Shown here piece by piece: positions 27,138-41,329 of a DNA stretch of 64,000 nucleotides (the stretch's first letter is position 1; the number at the start of each line of letters is the position of its first letter). A program made the position numbers and the translations under genes. The stretch is taken from contig OX597817.1 of assembly GCA_951406725.2 (NCBI GenBank), positions 145,204,001-145,268,000 of the forward strand. The letters run 5' to 3'. Under the pieces are notes generated by a model. It saw nothing but the letters and a program-made list of their open reading frames with translations, had not been told where the DNA came from and did no database searches. The DNA is from Octopus vulgaris (taxonomy: Eukaryota).

Positions 27138-27624
27138 CATTACTACATCACATGACACTGCACCATACCACATCATACTACAGTACAGCATACACACCAC
27201 CACATCGCATGACAATTTATCTATCGGTTTATCAAGTACAATGCTGCCTTCGAGAATTGATTTGACTGATCACACAATTTATTCAAATTTAGAGGTCACA
27301 TTTAATTATTTTACTCTACCTGAAGCAAAATAATTGCCAAATATATAATACTCGTGCACTGGTTTTATTTTATACTTCAACACATAAGCATCTCAAGTAT
27401 TTCTTTTATGATAAACTATGTAGTTTAAAAAATAACTAAAGGATATTATTACTTCTTTTTTTCTCTATAATCCCTCCTTTTACTTTCATTTTTTACAGCT
27501 TATTTCCTTTTTTGCTCTGTTTTTTTTGTTTCTTTTCTCTTATCTGTTTTTCATTCTGTTTCCCTCATCCTCTTTCTGCTTGTCTCTCTTGATTTGTACA
27601 ATTTCTAATTTCTATTTCTTCCAG

Positions 27625-27682
27625 AATTACCCTTTGGTTGGGAGAAAGTTGAAGATAGCCACTATGGAACCTATTACATTGA
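27625..27682 (+). CDS. MAGI: MAGI-family exon, N-terminal half of a WW domain ([20 protein letters not shown])
   Basis: Pyrimidine tract plus ccAG acceptor at 27623-27624 and GTAAGT donor at 27683. Manual translation matches the MAGI second WW domain pattern (LPxGWEKxEDxxYGxYYxD). Not in the ORF track. Confidence 0.92.
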
Positions 27683-27836
27683 GTAAGTAGATGTGTATCT
27701 TTTTTTTATCTCAGCCAACCCCTGCACACAGTTACGTATTGTCCTTCTTTAAGACAACCCATGCTAGCTACATCTGGTGTCTTAAGATAAAAACATTGTT
27801 GTTGGTATTGTACTCTTCAGCAAAGCTTCATTTAAA

Positions 27837-27867
<31 letters not shown>

Positions 27868-27869
27868 AA

Positions 27870-27907
<38 letters not shown>

Positions 27908-28337
27908 AGAATTCATGAAAAAAACAAAATACGAAGACTGGTGGTGTAGAAAATAAACAGATGTATTAGTATAATGCTCGGGAATTGAAAAAGTCTTTAA
28001 TGTTTTGAGCCTATGCTCTTGCACAGAAAGAAACAAGGGGAGGAGAAAGGAGAGAAAAAAAAAATATATATATATGGACTTCTTTCCATTTCAGTCTGCC
28101 AAATTTATTCACAAGGCTTTGGTCAGCCTGGTACTTAAGTAGAAGGCATTTGCTCAAGATTCTCTGCAGTGGGACTGAACCTGAAGTCATGTGGCTGCAA
28201 AGAAAACTCCTTAACCACACAGCTATGCCTGCATCTCTATTTATTTGTTTTATGCTAATATTTAGGGAAGTAATGAAAACTGATTTTCTTATCTCTACAG
28301 CTTGAGCTGGAACAAAAAAAGAAATAGAGAGAGAGAG

Positions 28338-28378
<41 letters not shown>

Positions 28379-28731
28379 GGAGAAAAAGAAATTTTAAAAA
28401 AGAAAGAAGAAAGAATCTCTCAAATTCCAGACCCAAATTTCTGAGATATTTTCATCCTCTGTATATTTTGCTATTTGTATTCTTCCACTATAAACAATAG
28501 CAAACCTCATTATTGTGTCACTGAGAAGAAATTGGAACATTATTCTCTTTAGAACATATTTGTTAGACTTCATATTAACTGTACTTTGTTTCAAGGAATA
28601 AAAAGAATTTGATGTCAAAAATGAGTCAGAGGTCATGAAAATTATATACAGATATTCATACATATCTCCCCCAAATTCCACCGCTATGTATATATGTGCA
28701 TGCTTGTGTATGTGTGTGTGTGTATGTATGC

Positions 28732-28785
<54 letters not shown>

Positions 28786-28789
28786 ACTG

Positions 28790-29110
28790 TACTTGAGGAG
28801 ACCTATTGAGTCAAGTACATCAGCATAAAAAAATCAAATGGAAATTGTAGTTGTGATACCTATGCCAGTATCACATAAAAATCACCAACTGATCATGGCC
28901 ATTTGCCAGCCTCCTCTGGCCCCTGTGCCGGTGGCACATAAAAAGCACCCACTACACTCACGGAGTGGTTGGCGTTAGGAAGGGCATCCAGCTGTAGAAA
29001 CACTGCCAGATCAGACTGGAGCCTGGTGCAGCCTCCTGGCTTCCCAGACCCCGGTCGAACCGTCCAACCCATGCTAGCATGGAAAACAGATGTTAAACGA
29101 TGATGATGAT
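28790..29110 (+). mobile_element. Repeat family C
   Basis: Same conserved 3' block and (GAT)n tail. The 5' part matches the reverse complement of 43400-43483. Confidence 0.82.
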
Positions 29111-29663
29111 ATATAAAAGGAACACAGAAAATATAATTGGTATTAATGCTTTATATAATGTACATATGTTTCATTAAACCAGCAAAACATGAATTAAATC
29201 AGCATTAAACAGAGTTGCCTGAACAAATGCTGACAGCCCCATTTATTGCAGTTGTGTGTAAAGTTGACCTTCCATGCCCATACCTTTTGGTAATGTGCAC
29301 CACACCTTTCAACACACCATTTTGATGTGTGCATATACATATACCTAAAACTCTAAAATTAGATATAGATAGCTAAACTACATATTTAAGGCCTTCAATG
29401 TTTAAAACTTTAAAACAGATTTAAATACTTCCAGTTGGAAAAGCTACACAAGATGAAACCAAAAAGAAAATATTAGAGCATGATTTAACCAACAGAGTTA
29501 TTACTTCAGGTACAAATATAGGGAAAATACTACTGCACACTTTATATTTGGGACGTAAAGACAGAAATCTATAATTTCAAAATTAATTGGTCAGTTATTG
29601 AAATTGTATCCTTGTACCATGGATTCAGATGCTTTTTGTATTAATTTGAGAAGTTAAAAGGAA

Positions 29664-29992
29664 AGGAGCACTCCATCGGTTACAATGGCAAGGGTCCCAG
29701 CTGATACGATCAACGGAACAGCGTGCTTGTGAAATTAACGTGCAAGTGGCTGAGCATTCCACAGACACGTGCACCCTTAACGTAGTTCTCAGGGTAAATT
29801 CAGTGTGACACAGAGTGTGACAAGGCTGGCCCCTTTGAAATACAGGTACTACTCATTTTTGCCAGCTAAGTAGACTGAAGCAATGTGAAATGAAGTGTCT
29901 TGCTCAAGGACTCAACGCATTGCTAGAAATTGAACTCCTGACCTTACGATCATGAACCAAATGCCCTAACCACTATCCTACGCGTCTTCACA
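29664..29992 (-). mobile_element. tRNA-derived SINE family D
   Basis: Minus strand has TAGTGGTTAG and GAGTTCAATT boxes and a CCTTGAGCAAGACACTT core. The homologous + copy is at 38920-39245. Confidence 0.78.
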
Positions 29993-30688
29993 ATTTGAGA
30001 AGTATAATACACCAATGCAATAATTACAATATACTAATGCAGCCAATTAAATAATTGAACCCAAAACAAGAAGTAGTCTCATTAGAGAAAGTACATTTTT
30101 CAAACATTCACTTTGCTTACCAAATAATTTTGTAATAGTCTTTTATTACCATCAGTGATACACTAAGCCTACATACCTTCTGTAGTTTATTTATATTACC
30201 TTATATTATCAGAACTCACTTTTATTGTCATCAACAGCCTTTCTACATCCCACTTTTTGTCACTGCCAATGTGGTTACAAATCGTTCCCTTTACTGGTGA
30301 CTACTTTATCAATTGTGACACCTCGCTTCAACTTCATCCACCTTTATTCACACCTTCACTAAATGTAACTAACTCTGTATATTCTTATGCACATCCATGC
30401 CACCTAAATCTGATTCCAGAAGCAGGAGAAGAACATCAATATATGTGCTTGATGTGCTTCTGCTCTGTACTAAAGAATAAAAGCAAAACATGCATGCGTT
30501 TACTCATGGAAATTGCCACAACTTTCAACTGCTAACCAACCTGTCAGAATGAATGTATATACAAACGTGGAATTGTGTGTCTATATGCTTGCCCCTCTAT
30601 GTATATTATGTATAGATGTGTGTGTGTGTAAATATACATATATATATATATAACTAATCATCATTTAATGTCTGCCTTCCAAATTGGC

Positions 30689-30735
<47 letters not shown>

Positions 30736-30803
30736 CATTTCACGTCTGCCTTCCATATTGACATGTATATATATATATGTGTATATATATATATATATGT
30801 GTG

Positions 30804-30871
<68 letters not shown>

Positions 30872-31236
30872 AACACATGCATGTCATCAACCACTTGATA
30901 TACCTCTATTGCTTCATGTCTAGAATTCAACCTTTAAGATGAAGAACATTGAAAGATAAACTTACACGCACACACACATGCGCGCTATTGAACTACACGA
31001 ATTATAATGACAGAGTGATATCTGAACATATAAGCACATGTAAATGTTTGCGTATGCAACATTACATAAGCATTGTGATTATAGATATGAAAGTATGTAT
31101 GTGGGGTGGGGGTTCATGTGTGAGAGCAAGAATGTGTGTGTGTTTGTTGGAACAAATAACTACAAACTTGGAAAAAGAACTAGATATGAAGTAAAAGCAT
31201 GATAGAGATGTACAGTATGACATATTTGTATATATC

Positions 31237-33590
31237 GTCATCATCGTCTGCCTTCCATGCTGGCATGAGTTAGACAGTTTGACAGAGGTCTGGAGAGCCA
31301 GAGGACTGTGCCAAGCTCCACTGCATGCTTCAGCATGGCTCTTAAGGCTGGATGCCCTTCTTAATGCCAACCACTTTATAGAGTGGACTGGATGGTTTTT
31401 ACTTGGCACCAGTATCAGTGAAGTGACTCCCCTTCCCCTACTAGGTGTAAGTGCCCATGCAGCTCCTCTAAAGAACCTGCACTGCCCCGTCCCCTTTTCA
31501 CGTAGTTCATTCCCAATGTGCACTGGTATGAAACTGATGCACCCTTGCCCTAGGGTTTGTAGTTCTGCAAGGTGCATGGAGACCTCAATAATACAGCTGA
31601 CATGAAAGAAACACCCAGTCCATGCTGTAAAATGGTTGGTGTGAGGAAAGGCATCCAGCCATAGAAACCATGTCAAAATAGACAATGGAGCACAATGCAG
31701 TCATCGTATCCTTGTCAACCCCGTGTCAGCAGGGAAAATGGGTGTTAACATGAATAAATCTAAACGAAAGGATTGAAAATATTAATGAGTATGTACACAC
31801 ACGGACACAGGCACAGACACACATATATATTCACACACACACACACATCATTTTCATTACCATCATGGTCTTCTTTCCAACTACTCCCACCCTTATATAA
31901 TGTGGGATAGCCAGTGCCGCCCTGACTGGCTTCTGTGCTGGTCGCACGTAAAAAGCACCAACCAATCATGGTTGCTGCCAGCCTCCTCTGGCCCCTGTGC
32001 TGGTGGCACATAAAAAGCACCCACTACACTCTCCGAGTGGTTGGCGTTAGGAAGGGCATCCAGCTGTAGAAACACTGCCAGATTAGACTGGAGCCTGGTG
32101 CAACCTCCTGGCTTTCCAGACCCCGGTCAAACCATCCAACCCATGCCAGCATGGAAAACGGACGTTAAACGATGATGATGATACCTCTATCATACACCCG
32201 ATTGAAGGGCAGCTTCTCAACATCTGACAGAAAGCCACCTCCCTTTCTAATACAACCCCACTCAGTCAAGGGTTTTTTTTCCTTGTCTTGGGAATTACTT
32301 GACTTCTCTAATGCCAGTGTCTGGAAAGAATGCACCCAGTGCACTCTGTGAAGTGAATGGCATTACAAAAAGCATTCAGCTGTAGAAATCATGCCAAGAC
32401 AAACTGGAGTTCAGTGCAGTCCTCCAGATCATCAGGTTAAACCATCCAACCCATACCAGCATGGAAAATGGATGTTAAATGATGATGATGATGTGTACAC
32501 CCACATACATACACACACACAGACTCACACACATGAACAGAGCAGATGCTTGACCTCTTCCACTTATAACCATATGAATACATATGCCTACAATGGAAAT
32601 TTGACCTTTGCTATAACATTAAGGTTTGCATGGACATATTTTTGACATTCACATTGTTCAGCATAACTTTTTTTTTTCGGTTTTTTTTTCTGAGTGACCC
32701 CTCACCACCAAAACTAAAAACAAAAAATTTTGTTTCTTAACCAAGTTATTACTATGATTTAGTTTTCAAATGACTTTTAGGTCAGTGCTTATGTGTTTTT
32801 TAAAAAAAACTTTTGAAAGAGAACATATTATTAATACTGAATCCATGAGAGTCAAGTGAAGTTTACAAACACACTTCACTGCCAGATCAACAACAGCAAC
32901 AAAATGGGTTTACTAAAGCAATTAGCATCCAAAACAATATTAAGGTATTTCTTTCAACATTGTTAGCAATTTCCATTTAAATTTGTTTTCCTTTGAATGA
33001 TTTTGCATATATCTTTTAACTGAAATCATATATATGTGTGTGCTAACGTATGTATCAATGTGTGTGTGTGTACACTAATATTGAACTTACCACCACATTG
33101 GTGGATTAAATCATCATTTATTTGTGCATTAACAAGGTTACCAATGATTTCATGTAAAGAGGAATCTTAACAATTATCAAGCCTGTCACATGGAAATGTT
33201 TGTACTTGTCTCCATTTTGATAACTGTCAAGAGATTCCTTTTTACATGAAACCATTGGTAGCTTTGTTAACCCACTAAGTGTGTGTTTGTGTATATCATC
33301 ATCTTCATCATCGTTTAACGTTCGTTTTCCATGCTGGTATGGGTTGGACGGTTTGACTGAGGACTGACAAGCCTGGAGGCTGCGCCATGCTCCAATCTGA
33401 TCTGGTGAGGTTTCTACAGCTGGATGCCCTTCCTAATGCCAACCACTCCGAGAATGAGGTGGATGTTTTTATGTGCCATTGGCATGAGGGCCAGTAAGGC
33501 AGGACTGGCATCGATCATGTTCGGATGGTGCTTTTTATGTGTCACCAGCACAGGAACCAGTCTGGTGGCACTGTCATTGACCACGCTCAA
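31237..33590. mobile_element. Cluster of family C copies: 31237-31420 (-), 31600-31750 (+), 31908-32182 (+), 32310-32492 (+), 33297-33590 (-)
   Basis: Each carries the AGGAAGGGCATCCAGC block or a diverged form of it, and most carry a (GAT)n/(CAT)n tail. Confidence 0.78.
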
Positions 33591-33617
33591 ATATACATAC
33601 ATACATACATACATATA

Positions 33618-33656
<39 letters not shown>

Positions 33657-33965
33657 TTTAAAAGGAAAAGGTTGACAGTGACTGAAGTCACTGTCTATAT
33701 GCAACTATCACATAAGATCAAGACAATATTGTACACACACACACACACACACAATCTCACTCTCTTTCTCTCCCTCCCTCTCTCTCCCCTTTCAGTTTGT
33801 TTATCAAATCCACTCTCAAAGCTTTGGTTTGCTCAGAGTTGTTGTGGCCAAATTGTCATACAGTGGGACTGAACCCAAAACCATATGGTTGCAAGCAAGC
33901 TCCTTAACCACACAGCCATGCCAGTGTTTGTCTATTTAATCATTTAATGATTTATTCATTTGCAG

Positions 33966-34030
33966 TCATGTGAATAAACGGACACAATATGAAAATCCTG
34001 TAGCCCAAGCTAAAAAGTCGCAAATTCCAG
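33966..34030 (+). CDS. MAGI: MAGI-family exon, C-terminal half of the WW domain (D-HVNKRTQYENPVAQAKKSQIP-G)
   Basis: tttgcAG acceptor and GTAAGC donor. The phase-2 junction with the previous exon rebuilds the GAT (Asp) codon. HxNxxTQYENPV is the MAGI WW signature. Confidence 0.92.
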
Positions 34031-34079
34031 GTAAGCTGTTAGATCTGACTTTATTTCTTGTGTGTTGTTCTTGTTGTTA

Positions 34080-34111
<32 letters not shown>

Positions 34112-34660
34112 GGTATTGATACTTCAGGAGGCGTTTTAGTGGAGTTGGTAAGTTATAGGTGAACCAAATCAGCAAACTGATTATTCTGGTGACTTGTGCT
34201 TACAAGAGAGCCTCTTTGTAGTCTGCTCAGTTTGCTAGAAGTAGCAACCAAAAAATCCTTGAAATCACATCCTATCTTTAGAAAGACTCTGTGTCGCTTA
34301 CAACTTCTTGTAGACATGTCACCCATCACCTTTCAGTAATTGGGTGGAATCTGGATGTCGAGTTCACAATGCTAGATCAGATACCACAAAATATTTTGGT
34401 CAATGCTCTAGCAATCACAGCTATACACGGCCTTCAATTAGTACCCTTTTATTTTTATCTGTCCCCCAAAAATTAAGGTAAATTTGACCTGGGTGAGATT
34501 TGAACTCAGGGCCCAAAGATTCAGAACAAATGCTACAAAGTGTTCTACTCAACAGTCTTATGACTACTAATTCATCTATATCTACTGGATATTATTGGTT
34601 AATACAGGGATTAACTCTTTGAGGACTAAAATAGACATAGGTTTTCAGTTTTAAAAGAAA

Positions 34661-35052
34661 CTAGTAGTATCGCCCGGCATTGCTTGGGTTTGTTTCGACC
34701 CTTTAGAATTGGAATTTTTGAAAAGTAAAATTTTTGCATTATGTAGCTTGTTATTCTCTTTAAGTGAACATTTTTCTGGTTGAAATACACCGAAAAATGG
34801 CGATACAGTAGTCAAAAAATCGTAAAAAATAAGGATTTTCATTGCAAAAAGCACCTTTTTGATGTAAATAATTTTTGGTGTTAACATGGTCCGATTTGAA
34901 TTTTATTTTCTACGGAATGAAGAGCAAGCCTTCTTCTATCATACTCCCAATTTTCATCAATTTGCATCGCAGGATCTACGGAGGAGATAGTGTTAGTTGA
35001 AGGCTACCAAGCCTGCCATACACAGATAACTTCAGCTTTATATATAGAGAGA
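34661..35052 (-). mobile_element. Non-autonomous Helitron
   Basis: The minus strand reads A|TC...CCCAAGCAATGCCGGG (imperfect hairpin)...CTAG|T, with no TSD. Confidence 0.75.
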
Positions 35053-36012
35053 TGGAATAAGAGTGTGTGTGATGCTGATGTTGTTGTTTAACCCTTGGTA
35101 AGCCTTGATCAAAAAGACCTATGATCAAACATATACCACTTCTAAGACTAGCAGCAGCTGCATCATCTTACTGTTCATTTTTCCATGCTTTCATGGGTTG
35201 AGCAGAGCTTTTTAAGGGTTATTTTCTATGGCTGCTTGCTCCACCTGTTGCCTACACTCACCTGCTTCCAAGCAAGGTAATATTTCCCCATGGCTAGATA
35301 TGTTTCCACAGAATATTGAAAACAAACAATACCGCTTGTAAGACAGTGATACTCGTTTACAACACTCATACTCTCATATCTTATCAAGACAAGGAAACAC
35401 AAACTCACACACACACACACACACACATGGTGGGCTTTTTTCAGTTTTTGTCTACCAAATCCACTCACAAGTTTGTTGGTCTGCCCTGGGCTATAATAAA
35501 AAGAAAACACCTGCTAAGGGGCCATGCAGTGGGCCTCAATCTAAAACCATGTGGTTGGGAAGTAAAGTTTTCAGCCTTCCTTCATTTATTTATGATAGTA
35601 GCACATGTCATCAGAGGAAGACCTGTCTGCTATTTCTAACAAATCAAGTCACCACTTAGAAGCCTCCTCACTGGGGGTTGTGGGATGCTGAAGTCTATCT
35701 CAAAGGTCTTAAAGATAGAAGTGAAATGACTCTTAGTCATATACGAAGTTTTGCCATAACTTACCTCCTCACTACCCTGCCTACCTACCATCCTAGTGTT
35801 ACTTAACCATGTTCTTAGCTTACTGTTAGACCATCTTCTAATTTACCTCTGATATACGCAGTTAAGCCAGATACATCTCAAATCTGTTTTTTTCCCCTTT
35901 TGTTCCATATTTATTTTATTGTTTTAAGATTTCTATTTAAACCTTGATTTTGAGGTTTCGGAAATTGAATATTATTTTGGAAGAAAATAGAAAACCAAAT
36001 TAGAGAATATTG

Positions 36013-36306
36013 TTGTATTTAGGAATGGTCATTTTACCAGTTTAGCCAATAAAAACATGCGCACTATGTATTTGGTGTTATACAAAATACAAAATGGCTG
36101 ACTGTTAGTAAGGAGAGACACACAAATAAGAAAGAAGAAAGCAAAGGACCACTGATGAGGTCACATGAGTGTGACGAAAGAACTCTGGCCGAAATAAGAT
36201 TAAGATTAATGTAAAAAATAAATAACGCTGAAGCAAATTAACACCAAATATATAGTGCGTGTGTTTTTATTGGCTAAACTGGCAAAATGACCATTCTTAA
36301 ATACAA
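36013..36306 (+). mobile_element. Penelope-like relic: 68-bp inverted arms around a hammerhead-like core
   Basis: Arms 36013-36080 and 36239-36306 differ at 5 positions. A CTGATGA-stem-GAAA motif lies at 36152-36179. Confidence 0.62.
36146..36190 (+). ncRNA. Minimal type-I hammerhead ribozyme-like motif (possibly degenerate)
   Basis: GGACCA-CTGATGA-G-GTCACA-TGAG-TGTGAC-GAAA-G-AA-C-TC-TGGCC gives stem I GG(A)CCA/TGGCC, a 6-bp stem II, a 2-bp stem III and a CUC cleavage triplet. Confidence 0.6.
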
Positions 36307-36966
36307 TATCTGTTTCAACACATGATTTCACATCAAAAATCTTGCAAAACAAATATATAAATGTAACAAATTAGAGAAGATTTCTTTAAGCAGGATAGAT
36401 ATTGTTAAAAGTTTGATTTTCAATTTAATCTGTTTGTTTTAATTTTTTTTTTATGTTCCTGATTTGTGTTATGGATTTTGTGTGTGTGTATGTGTGTTTG
36501 GTATTATTTTTCTTATCAATTGTCATATGCCATTTCTTTCACATTCAATTTAAAACTTCAAATGAATTTATTTTAATTAATATTTACTTAATTATAGAAT
36601 TCTAAGTTAATCTCTTTCATTCTTGATTTAATTTCATTTCATTTGCACATTTTGTTTTCTATTAATAATTATTTAAATCCAGAGTCTCCAACCATTTGAA
36701 TATTGTGGATAATATTTTATAAATATGATATTAATGTAATCTACAAAAATGAAAAATAATTAATCAATGCTATTAATTACATTTATACATTATTTTAAAA
36801 TAAGAGAATAGCGACAGTTTAACCCATAAACCACTGGCTGGGAACTCTTGATTAAGATTTTCAGTGTAGCAATCACTGTGTTATTGTAACTTTTTGACTA
36901 ACATTGATTATTTCACTCTTTAGTCAGAGCACTTAAACTATTTTTATTATTTAATGAAATATTATT

Positions 36967-37026
<60 letters not shown>

Positions 37027-37047
37027 CATCATCATCATCATCAAAAC

Positions 37048-37487
37048 AGGAAGCTGGCAGAACTGTTAGCACACTGGACAAAATGCTTAGTGGCATTTCA
37101 TTGGTCTTTATGTTCTGTGTTCAAATAACACTGCGGTCAGCTTTGCCTTTCGTCCTTTTGGGGTCGGTAAACAAAGTACCAGTTGAACACTAGGATCGAT
37201 GTAATCAACTATCCCCCTCCCCCAAAATTGCTGGTCTTGTGCCAAAACTATCATTATTATTATTATTATTAAGGTAGTGAGCTGGCAGAATTGTAAGCAC
37301 ACTAGGCAAAATGCTTAGTGGTATTTCATCTGTTGTTATGCTCTGAGTTCAAATTCCGCCAAGGTCGACTTTGCCTTTCGTCCTTTCGGGGTCGATAAAT
37401 TAAATACCAGTGAAATTCTGGGGTCGATGTAATCGACGATTCCTGACCCCAAAATTTCAGGCCTTGTGCCTATTGTAAAAAGGATTA
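37048..37487 (+). mobile_element. Two tandem SINE family B copies embedded in (ATT)n tracts
   Basis: 37048-37250 and 37271-37487 are colinear with 15329-15500. Confidence 0.8.
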
Positions 37488-37532
<45 letters not shown>

Positions 37533-37872
37533 TACTACTGCTACCACTACTACTACTGCATGGAACATTAGTTAGCAGAGATGTTGTCATAAGACTTGAT
37601 GACAAGTCTCCCCAATTCTCAAGAATCTTTCTTCGGTCGATTATTATTACTATCAATAGAAGCAGTGGCAGCAGCATCATATCATAATTTATTTATTAAT
37701 GTACATTGATTTATAGGATATTTGTATGCAATCCTTATAACCACCTTCACTTTGTGTGTTAGTTTTATATTTTCGTTTCTTTGAGTTTTTTTTTTTAAAT
37801 TAATTGGGTTTTTTTTCCTAATCCTATGTGGCAAAGAAAGAAATTAGATATTAACACTATTATTGCTACCAC

Positions 37873-37873
37873 A

Positions 37874-37926
<53 letters not shown>

Positions 37927-37960
37927 CATTATTATTATTATTATCATCATCATTATTATT
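37873..37960. repeat. (ATT)n trinucleotide tract
   Basis: Seen directly. Similar tracts lie at 36972-37040, 37483-37532 and 38150-38210. Confidence 0.95.
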
Positions 37961-38179
37961 GTATCATGAAAAATCTTAACTTTATTTTGTTGGGTACGAT
38001 GGAAAGTGTCAGCTCTCCACAGCCAGTAGAATAAGATGACACTTGTTTACTGACCATGCTTCAAGAACCCTTTTATTATTATTATTAATTATCATTACTT
38101 ATGATTGAGTTATTTCAGTGTGACAGTGTTGAATTATTTTGGCTTTGCTTTATTATTATTGTTATTGTTGTTATTATTA

Positions 38180-38210
<31 letters not shown>

Positions 38211-38919
38211 CGTTGTCACCTTCACAGATCTTCATTCAAATCTTCATGTAAACTTTTCATCTCATTCACAACAGTTGCATGTTTTTATCTAATCCCTAAC
38301 CCTTCTTCCTTAAAAAAAAGTCTTGTTCCCTAAGAATCCTTCCCTCCTTGCATTAAAACCCTACTGGATTGTTTTTTTTATGCATCCTTATACTACTCTT
38401 TTTTTTTTTTACTTATAGAAATATTCCTCATAGTTGTTGCACATGTTAATTAATAAAAATTAATTATTGGTGCATTTTACTAATAAATGTTTAATTGAAT
38501 ATTCCTTATCACCCTTTCCTTGTTAGCTTAACATCTTATCTCCAATAAGGATCTAACATTATTATCACGTTATCTTCTCAGGCCTTGTGCCTGTAGTAGA
38601 TAGGATTATTACATTATCTTCTATTTACACCATACCAGTCATTCCTCCGTTGTTGCACACACATACACACAAATGCGTTGAAGATAACACAGGCATGTTT
38701 CTCAGCAACATTTGATCTAATCTGTTTGCATTGCACCCATATTTGATAAATGAAAATAATTGGAGTAAAACCAGATTGTAAGAAAATTATTGGTGGGTTG
38801 CGTTGATAAAACAGAAATTTGTTAATGAAGTTACTTAAATTAAATTAGCGCTTACTTTATGGGGGAGACATGAGTTCTAACATTTCAAGGTAAGTCATGT
38901 TAAGATTTCATTCATATAG

Positions 38920-39245
38920 GGTGTGACACATGATTTATTAGTTAGATTATTCAGCTTAGAATCATAAGGCCAGGAGTTCAAATACCAGTGGTACATTGTA
39001 TCCTTGAGCAAGAACCTCTATTTCACGTTGCCCCAGTCCACTCAGGTGGCAAAAATGAGTTGTACCTGTAATTCAAAAGGGTCAGCTTTGTCACATTCTG
39101 TATCCTTCTGAATCATCCTGAGAACTATGTTAAGGATATGCATGTCTGTGGAGTACTCAGCCACTTGCATGTCAATTTTACAAGCAGGTTGTTCTGTTGG
39201 CCGGATCAAGTGGAACACTCTTCACCATAACCAATAAAGTGCCAC
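38920..39245 (+). mobile_element. tRNA-derived SINE family D
   Basis: Reverse complement of 29664-29992. Confidence 0.75.
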
Positions 39246-39717
39246 CTACAGGGTGTGGTAGAAAATAGCCGTCTAAGTCTGCTAAGAATTTAATATTTCA
39301 TTCATATCAAAAGCATTCTGTCTGCTTTGTAATGCTATGTATCTGAACTCACGACAACATGTTATTAGGTTCAATCCTTGATACAAGCATTGAGTTCCTT
39401 AATATGGTAAAATATTTTTGTTTGATTCAAGTCTATCCATCTTACAATGGACATCAAACTTATTTCACAATGGAAAATTTTATGAAGAGTATACAAATAA
39501 TGAAAAAATAAAAAACTACTCCAGCAATTTGCAAATGTCTAAATATGTATACAAGGCATCCTTCTTGTGCCATAAGGAAAAATTGATATATACATACACA
39601 CTCACACATTCACACACAAATACGAGAAATTATACAAAACAAATGGAAACATTTGGTATACTTAGTGAAATCGTTTTCCACTGGTTAAGGCTTGAAGAAA
39701 TAACAAAAGAATGTGTT

Positions 39718-39762
<45 letters not shown>

Positions 39763-41176
39763 TCATCATCATTTAACATGGAAAGCGGACGTTAAATGAT
39801 GATTATATATATATATGTGTGTGTGTATGTGTTATGTATATAACTGACTTATCTACAAATATTTCAACAAATTCTTCTAATATTGTTATTATTTTCCCCC
39901 CACTGTTTGAATTTGTTTTTAAGTTACTAATCCTGTTTAAAATAAATGAAATGTTAGCTTTTTGTATTTGAGATATCTGTAGAGCCTTAATAATAAACTT
40001 AATCTTAGATGTCAGCTCCAGTTATAAATAAAGGAAAGAAATTGGGAGAGTGCGAAGGAAAAAGAAACAGCTTTAGTTACACTCTGAAGTCCGGAGACTT
40101 CGTTTGTATCCAGTTGTTTATATTCTAACAGCAAAACAGACATAAAATATGATTAAAAAGTTTAACTAGTTCTTATAGACATTGAGTTTTTATTCTAACA
40201 TTTAAAGAGTTGTAAAGCAAAGTGGATGTTGGCTCATCTATTTTGTCCCATCTCCTCTATTTCAACCAAACAGAATGGATATGTGAAGAAGTATTATTAT
40301 ATATTTTCAACACAAAAAATATTCTGCAGCCAACTCGACATTATAGATTTGTCCTGCCTCCTCTATTTTAACCAAATGGAATAGAGTATGAAGCAGTATT
40401 ATACATGATCAACACAAGAAAATGTTACAGTATCAAATTAGCTTTGTATTCAATGTTACCAGAAACTAAGAGAACCAATGCTATTTTTATGTAAGTATAG
40501 TTTGAATCAAATAGCTACCATCTTCTTAGTTATTAATTTCTGTACCAAACAAAAGCTGGTATTGTGGAGATAGTGTATCAAAATAATTACCAATTCTTAA
40601 TAGTTTGGTAAATGTTTTCAAGAGTTCTTTTTCTTTTTTTGTGATAATGTGAGTTCTTTCTTGTACATTATCTTTTGACAAAAACACATGAAATTATAAA
40701 CACAGATATATATAGCATCATCATCATCATTGTTGTTTAATGCCCATTTTCCATGCTTACATGGATTCGATAAGATTCTTTGATGCAGATTTTCTGTGGC
40801 TAGATGCCTTCCTGTCACCAAGCTCCACTTGTTACCAAACAAGGTAATATTACCCCTTGATGAAACATGTTTTCATGGAAGCCAGGGTGTGAGGGATACT
40901 TCCTGTATGGTGGTGACACTTGTTTTTCTTTATATCTATTGCATGATGTCAAAACCAAGAGATACAAACACAGAAGTGTGTGTGTGTGTCTGCACATGTG
41001 TATTTGCACGTGTGTGTGTGTGTGTCTACATTTTGAACAGAAACCATGAACTGCATACAATGATTTTGGTAGCATTTCCCTCTTCAACAAACTATCCACA
41101 GACTTCTTAGCACATTCAAAAACGTGGAATAAAAGACTAACAATTGCAAAACAAACAAATAGATAGATAGACAGAA

Positions 41177-41209
<33 letters not shown>

Positions 41210-41222
41210 TATATATATAGAG

Positions 41223-41265
<43 letters not shown>

Positions 41266-41294
41266 GATATAGATAGATAGAGATAGATATAGAG

Positions 41295-41329
<35 letters not shown>

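Noticed and set aside
31062-31685. 207-aa minus-strand ORF
   Set aside because: It spans two family C repeat copies and has no recognisable protein features.
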